A stretch of DNA of 64,000 nt from assembly GCF_032062105.1 (NCBI RefSeq), contig NW_026923728.1, positions 1-64,000 of the forward strand, read 5' to 3'. A model generated the notes under the pieces. It did no database searches. It was not told where the DNA came from and saw nothing but the letters and a program-made list of their open reading frames with translations. This document shows positions 63,266 to 64,000 of the stretch, piece by piece; position 1 is the stretch's first letter; each line of letters begins with the position of its first letter. The DNA comes from Saccostrea cucullata (taxonomy: Eukaryota). The position numbers were made by a program, and so were the translations under genes.

Positions 63266-64000
63266 TTACGAAATGCAAGAGTAGACCCCTATCCTGAGTC
63301 GTATTGATCGATGCCCTAAGACGATATTGCTCGTCATAAGTGAACCAGCCTGTGATCTCTGTGCACCTAGCCTAATGTCATGCTTATATTTAAGAAATTG
63401 CTGAACTTTCTCGGGGTGAGCAGCTGTATAAACGTTCATATAAATAATAAATGCATCTGTCCAGCGATCGATTGTATGAATTTTATACATTTGTTTGGGT
63501 TGTGCAATTAATTGCCCATTAGGGTCTATTGCTAGGATGGAGGAAACCTGAGTTTTATTTGGGTCTCTTACCAGTAGTGTCGCCAAAACAAATCTACCAG
63601 AAATTATTTTTTGCCTGATACTGGCCTCGACATAGTAGCCAAGGGAAAACTGTGCAGACCAAACTGCTCGGGGCATAGGTGCCTCAAATGAATTAATACA
63701 AGATAAATTCAACAATGTAGACTGGGTTGAATTACCTGCATTATGAGTATTGCTTGTCTCAGTGGGTTGTGAAGGTAATACCTGGTGATACCTCTGAGAT
63801 AGTCGGGACTTGCAACTCATGGGGGGCAATCTGAGTGGGCTGTACTGTCTGGGGCAGAGTCAACACTTGCGTCGTCTGTAAATGTAATGGCTGGGATCCT
63901 ACTTGTATCTCGACACTTTCGGGGATGGACTGTGTCCGCTTGGGCATATTTGCCCTCGACCTTGTAGACCACTTAACAGCGACCGATTTGACCTTCGGCA
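63266..64000 (-). mobile_element. Frameshifted gag-like ORF of the DIRS/Ngaro-like element (continues beyond window)
   Basis: IRQKIISGRFV...IDRWTDAFIIYMNVYTAAHPEKVQQFLKYKHDIR resembles the ORF1 found upstream of DIRS-type RT; same strand as, and upstream of, the RT remnant. Confidence 0.65.

Overview
AT-rich, intron-rich animal genomic DNA. The repeat types and gene families suggest a bivalve mollusc such as an oyster; this is inference. Three host genes lie on the + strand. (1) The 3' part of a copper amine oxidase gene (296-2917), whose last splice donor appears destroyed by a 4-bp deletion. (2) A tandem paralogue (13677-30623), reconstructed by hand as signal peptide + two Lustrin-type Cys-rich modules + copper amine oxidase. 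It is disrupted by two 1-bp frameshifts and an 8,018-bp CACTA/EnSpm-like insertion (21760-29777, TSD AGG) that carries an apparently spliced cargo transcript. (3) A 30-exon secreted astacin metalloprotease gene (33990-59180; astacin-EGF-CUB-EGF-MAM-Thr/Pro stalk-MAM-EGF-MAM, about 1,250 aa) with Leu in place of the Met-turn Met. Five of its exon-intron junctions have expanded into unrelated minisatellites whose units each contain a copy of the splice site. The remainder is nested transposon debris: a 4.5-kb TIR element with a 6-bp TSD holding several MITEs, HINE/Helentron-like elements, Penelope, SINE and LINE fragments, and a DIRS-like retrotransposon split by a LINE at the right end. All gene models were read by eye from GT-AG sites, intron phase and protein motifs; no searches were run.
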